A DNA stretch of 64,000 bases, taken from positions 580,325-644,324 of the forward strand of contig VXYS01000009.1 in assembly GCA_009845905.1 (NCBI GenBank), in the 5' to 3' direction. Shown here one piece after another: positions 9,351 through 17,311 of the stretch. The translations under genes and the position numbers were made by a program. The notes beneath the pieces are model-generated. The model was not told where the DNA came from and made no database searches. It saw nothing but the letters and a program-made list of their open reading frames with translations. Source of the stretch: Gammaproteobacteria bacterium. GTDB lineage: Bacteria; Pseudomonadota; Gammaproteobacteria; Steroidobacterales; Foliamicaceae. Positions within the stretch are counted from its first letter, which is position 1. Each line of letters opens with the position of its first letter.

Positions 9351-10543
9351 TGACGCGCCTGTGGGACAAGGGCGGCAAGCTGGACGAAACGGTCCTGCGC
9401 TACACGGCCGGCGAGGACCACATCCTGGACGCGCGCCTGGTCGAGTACGACGTGAAGGCCTCGATCGCGCACGCCGGCATGTTGCACGCGGCAGGCTACC
9501 TGACGGAGGGGGATCACGCCGCGATCGTCGAAGGTCTGGGCGAACTTGCCGCCGGTCACGCGGCCGGGGCCTGGGCCATTTCGCTCGAAGAAGAAGACGT
9601 GCATACGGCCCTTGAGCGGCGCCTTGTAGCGCGGATCGGCGACGCCGGCGCCCGCGTGCACCTAGGACGTTCGCGCAACGACCAGGTGCTGGCGGCGTTG
9701 CGCCTGTATCTCAAGGACGCCGCTTCATCCCTGCGGAATGCCGCCGAAGAGGTTGCCACAGCGCTGGACGATCTCGGTGAGAGTCAGGGCGGTTTGCCGT
9801 TGCCCGGTTACACGCACATGCAGCAGGCCATGCCGAGCAGCGTGGCTCTGTGGGCGGGCGCCTATGCCTCGGAACTGCGCGACGACGCGGCCGGCCTTCG
9901 GTCCGCCGTGCGCCGACTGGACCGCAACCCGCTGGGCAGCGCCGCGGGCTTCGGCGCGCCCGGGCTGAAGCTCGATCGTGAACGCACCCGCAAGGCCCTT
10001 GGTTTTGCCGAAGTGCATGAGCCGGTCACGGCCGTGCAGCTGTCGCGCGGCAAGGCCGAAGCCGGGCTGGCGTTCGAATGCGCGCTTCTGGTCCAGGACC
10101 TGGGCCGGCTGTCGGGCGACCTCCTGTTGTTTTACACGCAGGAGTTTGCGCTCGTTGACCTGGCGCCGGAAGTGACCACCGGTTCGTCCATCATGCCCCA
10201 GAAGCGCAACGCCGACGCCCTGGAGCTGGTGCGCGCCGCCGGCGCCACCGCGCGCGCTTCACTGCTGGAAATCCTTGGCATACCTGCATCACTGCCCTCC
10301 GGTTATCAGCGCGACCTGCAGCGCATCAAGGCGCCACTTTTCCGCGTGGTCGATCTTGCCGGCGAAAGCTGCGAAGTCGTTTGCCGTATAGTGCGCGCTT
10401 TGCGCTTCAACCCGGAGCGTTGCGGGGAGCTGACGTCCGCCCGGGGTCTGCACGCCGCCGAGCGCGCCAACCGGCTGGCGGTCGAGCGGGGATTGAGTTT
10501 TCGCGAAGCGTACCGGCAGGTGGCGGAGCAGGAGAAAGAGTGA
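9350..10543 (+). CDS. argH: Argininosuccinate lyase (short, about 397 aa)
   Basis: ATG at 9350 overlaps the argB TAA. GYTHMQQAMP and the fumarate-lyase signature GSSIMPQKRNAD. The 732-aa ORF-track entry is an artefactual upstream extension. Confidence 0.9.
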   Translation: MTRLWDKGGKLDETVLRYTAGEDHILDARLVEYDVKASIAHAGMLHAAGYLTEGDHAAIVEGLGELAAGHAAGAWAISLEEEDVHTALERRLVARIGDAGARVHLGRSRNDQVLAALRLYLKDAASSLRNAAEEVATALDDLGESQGGLPLPGYTHMQQAMPSSVALWAGAYASELRDDAAGLRSAVRRLDRNPLGSAAGFGAPGLKLDRERTRKALGFAEVHEPVTAVQLSRGKAEAGLAFECALLVQDLGRLSGDLLLFYTQEFALVDLAPEVTTGSSIMPQKRNADALELVRAAGATARASLLEILGIPASLPSGYQRDLQRIKAPLFRVVDLAGESCEVVCRIVRALRFNPERCGELTSARGLHAAERANRLAVERGLSFREAYRQVAEQEKE

Positions 10544-10989
10544 GCGGCAGAATATGGCATCCCAGGGCGTTCGATCGTCCCGAGCAGCTCAACGCCCTGG
10601 AGAAGGACCGGATGCTGGGACATCTGGGCGTGGAGATTGTCGAGATCGGCGACGACTACCTGCGCGCCCGCATGCCCGTGGACTACCGCACCCAGCAGCC
10701 GTTCGGGTTGCTGCACGGCGGCGCCTCGGCGGTCCTGGCGGAATCGGTCGGAAGCTGGTCGTCCTACCTCACCATGCCTCCCGGCGAATACCAGGTCCTC
10801 GGCCTGGAAATAAACGTCAGCCACCTGCGCCCGGCGAGATCGGGTTACGTGTACGGCACCGCCCGCCCGGTGCGGCTCGGCAGCGTGGTCCACGTCTGGG
10901 ACATACGGATCACCGACGAAGCGGAAGTTTTGCTGAGCATTTCCAGACTGGCGACCTCCGTTCGCCGGCTGAAGCGGCCGAACGCGTGA
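10540..10989 (+). CDS. PaaI/YbdB-type hotdog thioesterase, last gene of the arg operon
   Basis: GTG at 10540 overlaps the argH stop (GTGA). LGVEIVEIGDDYLRARMPV...LLHGGASAVLAES is typical of PaaI-family thioesterases. An alternative ATG lies at 10612. Confidence 0.7.
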   Translation: MSGRIWHPRAFDRPEQLNALEKDRMLGHLGVEIVEIGDDYLRARMPVDYRTQQPFGLLHGGASAVLAESVGSWSSYLTMPPGEYQVLGLEINVSHLRPARSGYVYGTARPVRLGSVVHVWDIRITDEAEVLLSISRLATSVRRLKRPNA

Positions 10990-11021
10990 TAATCTTGCGC
11001 GCGCCGAAGAGGGAGAAACTC

Positions 11022-11363
11022 GTGAAGAAATTACTCGTTGTCGCCTGCGCGCTGGCGCTTGGAGCCTGTGCGGCCCAGCAGTCCGCGGTGCAATCCGCGG
11101 ATGCCGCTCCGGAAGCGCAACAGGCGCAGGCATCCGAAGACTCGGCCGCCGCACGCCGGGAGCAGCGGCGCAAGAGCGATCAGACGTACGTTACCTCGCT
11201 GGAACGCAGGGACAAGACGGGCTCCCGCATCAATCGCGTCCGCCGCAGGGGCGAGCCGGAAGAGGACAACACCGCCGGCAAGCGCGTGGAAACCATTACC
11301 GGGGAACAGCTCGAGGAGATCGAGGAAAGGGGCGGGACCGTAGTTATCGGCGGCGAGGGATAG
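11022..11363 (+). CDS. Small lipoprotein, unknown function
   Basis: GTG at 11022 is 6 nt after gggaga. VKKLLVVACALALGAC is a lipobox signal, followed by a charged low-complexity mature part. Confidence 0.55.
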   Translation: MKKLLVVACALALGACAAQQSAVQSADAAPEAQQAQASEDSAAARREQRRKSDQTYVTSLERRDKTGSRINRVRRRGEPEEDNTAGKRVETITGEQLEEIEERGGTVVIGGEG

Positions 11364-11385
11364 CCGGCACATTTCACCGGTTTCT

Positions 11386-11492
11386 GCCCTATCATCGCCC
11401 CCTTCTTCCGGGAGTATTGGAGGCAGGGATGCCGGAGCAAGCTACAGGGATGTATTCATGCGTCTCCCGGAAGAAGGGGGCGATGATAGGGC
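11386..11492. repeat. Palindromic element copy A (perfect 29-nt arms, 49-nt loop), 3' of tatC
   Basis: gccctatcatcgcccccttcttccgggag (11386-11414) is the exact reverse complement of 11464-11492. The loop holds cagggatg twice (11424-11431, 11445-11452). Confidence 0.85.
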
Positions 11493-11508
11493 TACGGTCG
11501 GCGCGCAA

Positions 11509-12282
11509 TCAATCGGCTTCAGGTTCGCTTTTCTTGAGCATCAGCCGCGCCATCAGAATGCCGATCTCGTAGAGCAGGTACATCGGTATGGCCAGCAGCG
11601 TCTGCGAGATCATGTCGGGCGGAGTCACCAGCATTCCCAGCGTGAACGCCCCCAGCAGAATGTAGGGCCGTTTGCTGCCGAGTGATTGCGGGCTGACGAT
11701 GCCCGCGCCCACCAGCATGAGGATAGCGATCGGCACCTCGAAGGCTAGCCCGAAAACAAAGAACAGCACGACCACGAAGTCCAGGTATTCGCCGATATCG
11801 GTCATCATGGCCACGCCTTCGGGCGTTGCGGCGGCAAAGAAACTGAACATGAGCGGGAAAACGACGAAGTAGGCGAAAGCCGCTCCGGCGTAGAACAGGA
11901 ATATGCTGGAGAGCACCAGCGGCAGCGCCACCTTCTTTTCGCGCTTGTACAGACCCGGCGCCACGAAGGCCCAGGCCTGGTATATGACCACCGGCATGGC
12001 GGTGAACAGCGCCACGAAAAAGGCCGTCTTGAAGGGAGTCAGAAACGGCGAGGCCGGCCGGATGGCGACCATCGTGAATCCTTCGGGAAGCTGGCTCATC
12101 AGCGGCGACGCTACCAGCGTGAAAACTTCCTGGGCAAAGGGCACCAGGCCAACGAAAACGACCAGTATCGCGCCGGCCGCCTTCATCAGGCGGGAGCGCA
12201 GTTCGATCAGGTGCGAAAGAAGGCTGGACTCCTCCAGTTCCTCCTTTTCTTCCTTGTCTTTCCGCTCGGACTCGCTATTCAC
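11509..12282 (-). CDS. tatC: Twin-arginine translocase subunit TatC
   Basis: LSHLIELRSRL... followed by six TM helices typical of TatC. Start placed at GTG 12282, overlapping the tatB stop by 8 nt. The ORF-track N-terminal K/R-rich extension to 12450 lies in another frame of tatB. Confidence 0.88.
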   Translation of the reverse strand: MNSESERKDKEEKEELEESSLLSHLIELRSRLMKAAGAILVVFVGLVPFAQEVFTLVASPLMSQLPEGFTMVAIRPASPFLTPFKTAFFVALFTAMPVVIYQAWAFVAPGLYKREKKVALPLVLSSIFLFYAGAAFAYFVVFPLMFSFFAAATPEGVAMMTDIGEYLDFVVVLFFVFGLAFEVPIAILMLVGAGIVSPQSLGSKRPYILLGAFTLGMLVTPPDMISQTLLAIPMYLLYEIGILMARLMLKKSEPEAD

Positions 12283-12643
12283 CGGACTGACTTTGTTCGG
12301 TGTCTTCCTTGCCGGACTCTTGCGCGGTTTCGGCTTCCTTTTCCTTGCCGGATTCCTGCGCGGTTTCGGCTTCCTTTTCCTTCTGCTCGCCGCCCTTTTC
12401 CTTTTGCGCTGTTTTCGGCTTCGCGCCGGCCGACGCCCCGGCGGTCCCACGAGCCGAGAACGGCCTCGGATCGTCCAGATCCACTTCCTGGCGCAACTGG
12501 TACATCAGCGTCCGCGACATGCGCCTCGCCTGCCCCACCCAGCGCCCGAGCTGTGCGGCGACTTTCGGCAGGCGCTGCGGCCCCAGGACGATCAGGCCCA
12601 GGCCCGCCAGCAGCACGAGTTCCGTAAAGCCGATATCAAACAT
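12275..12643 (-). CDS. tatB: Twin-arginine translocase subunit TatB
   Basis: MFDIGFTELVLLAGLGLIVLGPQRLP N-terminus followed by an amphipathic helix; the acidic/lysine-rich tail contains a 12-aa tandem repeat. Confidence 0.85.
   Translation of the reverse strand: MFDIGFTELVLLAGLGLIVLGPQRLPKVAAQLGRWVGQARRMSRTLMYQLRQEVDLDDPRPFSARGTAGASAGAKPKTAQKEKGGEQKEKEAETAQESGKEKEAETAQESGKEDTEQSQSGE
12307..12378. repeat. 36-bp x2 in-frame tandem repeat inside tatB
   Basis: ccttgccggactcttgcgcggtttcggcttcctttt (12307-12342) is repeated at 12343-12378 with 2 mismatches. It encodes KEKEAETAQESG twice. Confidence 0.85.
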
Positions 12644-12708
12644 GGTTCACGTCGTTCGACCGGCGCGGCCGGTCGAGGCGGAGCAACGGGTGCGATAACC
12701 GGGCTGAA

Positions 12709-12951
12709 TCAGGCCTTGGGCGCGTCCTTCTCCTTGCTCTTCGCGCCGGTGTCGGTCTCGCTGAACTCCGCGTCGTTGCGGGCCAGCTTGTCCGGATCGG
12801 CCTTGTCCGGGTCGGCAACGGCCTTGCGGAATCCCTTGATGGCGGAGCCCAGGTCACTGCCGAGGTTCCGGATCCGCGAGGTGCCAAATATCACCAAGGC
12901 GAGCAGCAGCACTACCAGTAGCTGCCAGCCGCTGATTCCGCCAAATCCCAT
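12709..12951 (-). CDS. tatA: Twin-arginine translocase subunit TatA
   Basis: MGFGGISGWQLLVVLLLALVIFGTSRIRNLGSDLGSAIKGFRKA is a canonical TatA/E N-terminus. Confidence 0.9.
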   Translation of the reverse strand: MGFGGISGWQLLVVLLLALVIFGTSRIRNLGSDLGSAIKGFRKAVADPDKADPDKLARNDAEFSETDTGAKSKEKDAPKA

Positions 12952-13093
12952 TATTTCGTCCTCTTAGCGCTCTTGGAGTCTCCGCCGGGTCTATTTTGCC
13001 CATGCGCTACTCGCCTGAGCAGCGCTACGGTAGCTCGTAATCATAACCTCAAGCTCATACTGTCTCACCAGCAACAGCCTTCGCTTTAATTCC

Positions 13094-13201
13094 GCCTTCT
13101 CATTGCCCCCTTCTTCCGGGAGACGCATAAATCCATCCATGTAGCTTGGTTCCGCCATCCATGGCTCACACACTCCCGGAAGAAGGGGGCAATGAGAAGG
13201 C
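13094..13201. repeat. Palindromic element copy B (perfect 29-nt arms, 50-nt loop), between dtd stop and tatA
   Basis: gccttctcattgcccccttcttccgggag (13094-13122) is the exact reverse complement of 13173-13201. The loop is about 75% identical by eye to the reverse complement of the copy A loop and holds ccatccatg twice (13133-13141, 13155-13163). Confidence 0.85.
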
Positions 13202-13659
13202 TACGGTGGGTGAGCGCCCGGATGGGCTTGCAGGAGAATGGTTACCGGCCCCGAGTTGACCAGTTCGACGTCCATGTCGGCGCCATAGACGCCCGTTGCC
13301 ACGCGCACGCCCAGCGCTTTCGATTCGGCCACCAGCCGGTCGAACAGCCGCCGTCCCACGTCGGGCGGCGCCGCCTTCGAAAACCCCGGCCGGGTGCCCT
13401 TGCGCGTGTCGGCCGCGAGCGTGAACTGCGATACCAGCAACAGTTCGCCGCCCACGTCCTTCAGGCTCAGGTTCATCCGGCCGCCGGCGTCCGGAAATAC
13501 GCGATAGCCCACGATGCGCTCCGCCAACCGCCTGGCCTGCGCATCGCCGTCGCCCCGTTCCACGGCGGCCAGCACCAGCAGGCCGCGGCCGATTTCACCG
13601 GATGTCTCGCCATTCACGCTAACTCGCGCGCGGCTGACGCGTTGCAGCAGCCCGATCAT
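13201..13659 (-). CDS. dtd: D-aminoacyl-tRNA deacylase
   Basis: [13 protein letters not shown]... and [17 protein letters not shown], the Dtd signature. The stop codon abuts the last nt of element B. Confidence 0.9.
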   Translation of the reverse strand: MIGLLQRVSRARVSVNGETSGEIGRGLLVLAAVERGDGDAQARRLAERIVGYRVFPDAGGRMNLSLKDVGGELLLVSQFTLAADTRKGTRPGFSKAAPPDVGRRLFDRLVAESKALGVRVATGVYGADMDVELVNSGPVTILLQAHPGAHPP

Positions 13660-13712
13660 CTGTTCCCTTTTCCCGCCGGTATAGTATTCGCGCCATTCAT
13701 ACGGGGAATCTC

Positions 13713-15599
13713 ATGCCGCAATTGACGGTCAAGGCGATAGTAACCGGTGTGCTGCTGTCGATCATTCTTTCCTGGGCCAACGCTTATATCGGACTTTTCG
13801 CGGGACTTACGGTCTCGGCATCGATTCCCGCCGCGGTGCTGTCCATGGCCGTTCTGAGCCTGTTCAAGCGCAGCAACATACTTGAGCACAACATCGTGCA
13901 GACCGCCGCCTCCGCGGGCGAGTCGCTGGCGGCCGGAGTGATCTTCACGCTGCCGGCGTTGCTGATACTCAACTACTGGGACGTGTTCGACTATTGGTGG
14001 GTAAGCGTGATCGCCGGTGTCGGGGGCCTCCTGGGGGTGATGTACACCATTCCGCTGCGTCATTCGCTGATCGTTTCCGAGAACCTGGCCTTCCCGGAAG
14101 GCCAGGCAACGGCGCAGGTGCTCAAGGCGGGGCAGGAGCGCGGCGGAGAGGTGCGCTTCCTGGCACTGGGCGCCGGCCTGGGCGCGCTGCTCAAGCTGTC
14201 CGAGACCGGATTGAAGCTCTGGGACGGAATCGCTCAGGCGGCTGCGCGCGTCGGCGATAGCATCGCCTACGCGGGATCGAACCTGTCGCCGGCCCTGGTC
14301 GGCGTCGGCTACATCGTGGGAATCAATATCGCCAGCCTGGTCCTGCTAGGTGGCCTGTTCTCGTGGAACGTCGCCCTGCCCGTGTTCGGCGCCTTCTATC
14401 TGGAAAACAACCCCGAATTCGCTGCAGCCGTTGCCGGCATGTCCGCCGCGGATGCGGCCTTCGCGATCTGGAGCACGCAGATTCGCTACCTTGGCGTGGG
14501 CGCAATGATCACGGGCGGCCTCTGGGCGATTGTCTCGCTGCGCGGTTCGCTGGTGGAAGCCTTCCGGCGGGGCTTCGGGAAGTCCGCCGCGACGACCGCC
14601 ATGGCGGAGACCGATCGCGACACGCCGATGCGCATCGTGCTGAGCGGCGTGGCGGTCATGGCTGTGTTCATGTGGTTCATCTACTACAACGTGGTGGACA
14701 GCGCCGGCATTTCGCTGGCCATGACCCTGCTGATGGTCACGACCGGCTTCCTGTTCTCGGCGGTAGCCGCGTACATGGCCGGACTGGTCGGGTCCTCGAA
14801 CAACCCCGTATCGGGAGTCACCATCGCCACCATCCTGTTTTCCTCGCTGCTGATGCTGTGGCTGGTCGGAAGGGAAGACGCCAACGCGCCCGCGGCCGTG
14901 ATCATGATCGGGGCCGTGGTGTGCTGCGCGGCGGCCATCGGCGGAGACAACATGCAGGACCTGAAGGCGGGCCGGATCGTCGGCTCCACGCCGTACAAGC
15001 AGCAGGTCATGCAGGTCGTGGGCGTCGTATCGGCCACCTTCCTGCTGGCGCCGATACTGAACGTGCTGCTCACCGCCTACGGCATCGGCCCGGCAACCAG
15101 CGAGCAGCCCGACTCTCTGCAGGCGCCCCAGGCCACGCTGATGGCATCCGTGGCTGCCGGGGTGCTCGGCGACGCCGAACTTCCCTGGAACATGATCGCC
15201 ACTGGCGCCGCCGTGGGCGTGCTGATCATCGTCTGCGACGAAGTGCTGAAGGCGCGCAAGGCGGGCTTCCGCATGCCGGTGCTTGCGGTCGCGGTGGGAA
15301 TCTATCTGCCGGTCGAACTGGCGGTTCCCATCTTCCTGGGCGGTTTGCTGTCCTACCTTGCCAAACGCGCGCGAGGCGGGGAAGCCGCCCGTTCCGGTTC
15401 GCTGCTCGCCGCGGGCCTGATCACCGGCGAGGCGCTGCTTGGCATTTTCATCGCCGTCGTGATCGTCGCGACCGGCGACAAGGCGCCGCTGGCGCTGCCG
15501 TTCTCGGCCGGATCCTGGCTCGGCATGCTGGCGCTTGCGGCCGTGGCGGTGCTGCTGTATCGTGCCGGCGCCCGCGGGAACGCGGCCGGCTCAAGCTGA
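13713..15599 (+). CDS. OPT-family oligopeptide transporter
   Basis: 628 aa, polytopic. The N-terminal SWANAYIGLFAGLTVSASIPAAVLSMA and QTAASAGESLAAGVIFTLPAL blocks are typical of bacterial OPT proteins. Confidence 0.8.
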   Translation: MPQLTVKAIVTGVLLSIILSWANAYIGLFAGLTVSASIPAAVLSMAVLSLFKRSNILEHNIVQTAASAGESLAAGVIFTLPALLILNYWDVFDYWWVSVIAGVGGLLGVMYTIPLRHSLIVSENLAFPEGQATAQVLKAGQERGGEVRFLALGAGLGALLKLSETGLKLWDGIAQAAARVGDSIAYAGSNLSPALVGVGYIVGINIASLVLLGGLFSWNVALPVFGAFYLENNPEFAAAVAGMSAADAAFAIWSTQIRYLGVGAMITGGLWAIVSLRGSLVEAFRRGFGKSAATTAMAETDRDTPMRIVLSGVAVMAVFMWFIYYNVVDSAGISLAMTLLMVTTGFLFSAVAAYMAGLVGSSNNPVSGVTIATILFSSLLMLWLVGREDANAPAAVIMIGAVVCCAAAIGGDNMQDLKAGRIVGSTPYKQQVMQVVGVVSATFLLAPILNVLLTAYGIGPATSEQPDSLQAPQATLMASVAAGVLGDAELPWNMIATGAAVGVLIIVCDEVLKARKAGFRMPVLAVAVGIYLPVELAVPIFLGGLLSYLAKRARGGEAARSGSLLAAGLITGEALLGIFIAVVIVATGDKAPLALPFSAGSWLGMLALAAVAVLLYRAGARGNAAGSS

Positions 15600-15631
15600 A
15601 GATTTACCTATTTCCGATCTGGAGGAAACCC

Positions 15632-15931
15632 ATGTCCCACTACCTCGTTGCCGTGTGCCACATCACCAACTTCAACGACAACATGAAGAAATACGCCCAG
15701 CTCTCCGCCGAGCTCGTGGCGAAGAACGGCGGTGAATACGTTATCCGTGGCCCGTCGGAAGAAGACGTCGAGGGCGACAAGCTGGCCGGCTGCTACCTGA
15801 TCGTCAGCCGCTTCCCCACCCGAGAACAGCTCGATGCCTTCTGGAAGGGCGACGAGTACCGCAACAACGTGCGCCCGCTTCGCGCCGGCACCGGAAAGTA
15901 CGACATCGCGATCTACCCCGCCGCCGCCTGA
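15632..15931 (+). CDS. DUF1330-family protein
   Basis: ATG at 15632 lies 7 nt after ggagga. 99 aa, MSHYLVAVCHITNFNDNMKKYAQL...YDIAIYPAA resembles the DUF1330 dimeric alpha-beta barrel family. Confidence 0.7.
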   Translation: MSHYLVAVCHITNFNDNMKKYAQLSAELVAKNGGEYVIRGPSEEDVEGDKLAGCYLIVSRFPTREQLDAFWKGDEYRNNVRPLRAGTGKYDIAIYPAAA

Positions 15932-15990
15932 AGCGACAGGCGCAGAGGGCGCTCCCGCCGGCTTGAGCGCCGCGCGAGCGCCTGGCTCGC

Positions 15991-16620
15991 CTAGTCGATC
16001 GTCATGTAGCGTTCCAGTCGGGCGACTTCGGCGTCGTCGACGTACTTGCCTATTTCCCGGCGAAACTGCTCCATGTTGCGGTACGGGCGATACTCCAGGA
16101 ACTCATGCACCATGCGGCTGCCCACGCCGGGAATGGCGGCAAACTCGGCCTCGCTCGCGGAGTTCAGATCCAGCGGCACGAAGACGTATTGCTCCAGGCG
16201 GGCAACCTCCGCGTCGTCCACGTATTTGCCGATTTCGCGCCGGAACTGCTCAAGGGAACGATACGGCCGGTACTCATCGAATTCGTGCGCCATGCGCCTG
16301 CCCACGCCGGGTATCAGCAGAATCTCCTCTTCCGACGCGGAGTTCAGATTGATCGGCACAAACAGTTGTCCGTAAACCTCCGCTCGCTGATTCCCGTTCA
16401 GCGATCCGCTCAAAAGATTGTCCAGTTCCGTCGCACCGGAAAAGGGCCGGCCTGCGAAGATGTTTCCGACCAGCTCCGCGTCAAGATGGGCGACGCCCGC
16501 AAGCTGATCTTCGTCGGCGATATTCGGATTCAGGACGCCGTCGTTATTGCCCACTTGTGCCAGCGTCAGGCTTGAGAAAATGCCGGTCAACAGAAAAATC
16601 GCTGCTTTTGATCGCATCAT
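15991..16620 (-). CDS. Secreted helix-hairpin-helix repeat protein (ComEA-like)
   Basis: Signal peptide MMRSKAAIFLLTGIFSSLTLAQ. Three LN-SAS-E-E-L-IPGVG HhH-like modules, the last two being an approximately 61-aa tandem duplication. Confidence 0.65.
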   Translation of the reverse strand: MMRSKAAIFLLTGIFSSLTLAQVGNNDGVLNPNIADEDQLAGVAHLDAELVGNIFAGRPFSGATELDNLLSGSLNGNQRAEVYGQLFVPINLNSASEEEILLIPGVGRRMAHEFDEYRPYRSLEQFRREIGKYVDDAEVARLEQYVFVPLDLNSASEAEFAAIPGVGSRMVHEFLEYRPYRNMEQFRREIGKYVDDAEVARLERYMTID

Positions 16621-16720
16621 TCATGTTCTCCGCGAGAGTCCGGCAATGCTAGGTTCGCCGCCTGGCAGGGTCAAGATGCCATTGGGCCCTCGAATCGACT
16701 TTCCGGGCTAAGCTTCGCCG

Positions 16721-17311
16721 ATGCTGCGCCGCCTGATCGATTCGCCGCACTTCCTGTGGCTCCTGCTTTCGCTGCCCGGAGCGGTCATCGTGTCGCGCTA
16801 CGCAACGGGCGCCACTTTCTACGGCGAGGTCGTGCTGTCGACCGGACAGATCTCGGCGCAATTGCTTATTGCGACGATGGCCGTTACGCCGCTGAGACTG
16901 ATGTTTCCCTCCCAATCCTGGGTCATCTGGCTATTGCGGCGGCGGCGCTATTTCGGGGTGGCTGCGTTCGGGTACGCCGCATTGCACACGGCCGTTTACC
17001 TGGTTCGAAAAGGGGTGTTCGGAGACATCGTTTCCGAGGCTGCCGAGCCCGGTCTTCTTACCGGCTGGATCGCCCTGGCCATCTTCGTTCCGCTGGCGCT
17101 GACCAGCAACGACACGGCCGTTCGGCGCTTGCGGCGGCTCTGGAAACGCCTGCACCGCTGGGTCTATGCGGCGGCCCTGCTGGTCTTTGCGCACTGGGTC
17201 ATCACGGCTTTCGATCCCACCTTCGGTCTCGTCCATCTGGCCGTGCTGACCGCTCTGGAAGGATTCAGGCTGTGGAAGACGAGTCGTGGCGGGGGGCGCC
17301 GGCCGACATGA
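16721..17311 (+). CDS. MsrQ/YedZ-like ferric-reductase-type heme-binding membrane protein
   Basis: 196 aa with about 5-6 TM helices and conserved His in TM helices (AALHTAVYL, VFAHWVITA). No msrP partner is adjacent. Confidence 0.55.
   Translation: MLRRLIDSPHFLWLLLSLPGAVIVSRYATGATFYGEVVLSTGQISAQLLIATMAVTPLRLMFPSQSWVIWLLRRRRYFGVAAFGYAALHTAVYLVRKGVFGDIVSEAAEPGLLTGWIALAIFVPLALTSNDTAVRRLRRLWKRLHRWVYAAALLVFAHWVITAFDPTFGLVHLAVLTALEGFRLWKTSRGGGRRPT

Noticed and set aside
12283-12450. K/R-rich 56-aa N-terminal extension of TatC in ORF 11509-12450.
   Set aside because: It overlaps the tatB C-terminus in another frame and derives from the 36-bp repeat. A GTG at 12282 gives a normal TatC N-terminus coupled to the tatB stop.
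12991-13173. The 60-aa ORF 12991-13173 (-) overlapping palindromic element B.
   Set aside because: It reads through the element loop and arm, and has no SD, motif or conservation with the copy A locus. It was treated as non-coding.
14363-15631. The 522-aa ORF 14363-15931, which overlaps the OPT transporter.
   Set aside because: Only its last 99 residues (from ATG 15632, with a GGAGGA SD) form a plausible DUF1330 protein. The rest is an R/G-rich alternative frame of the OPT gene.
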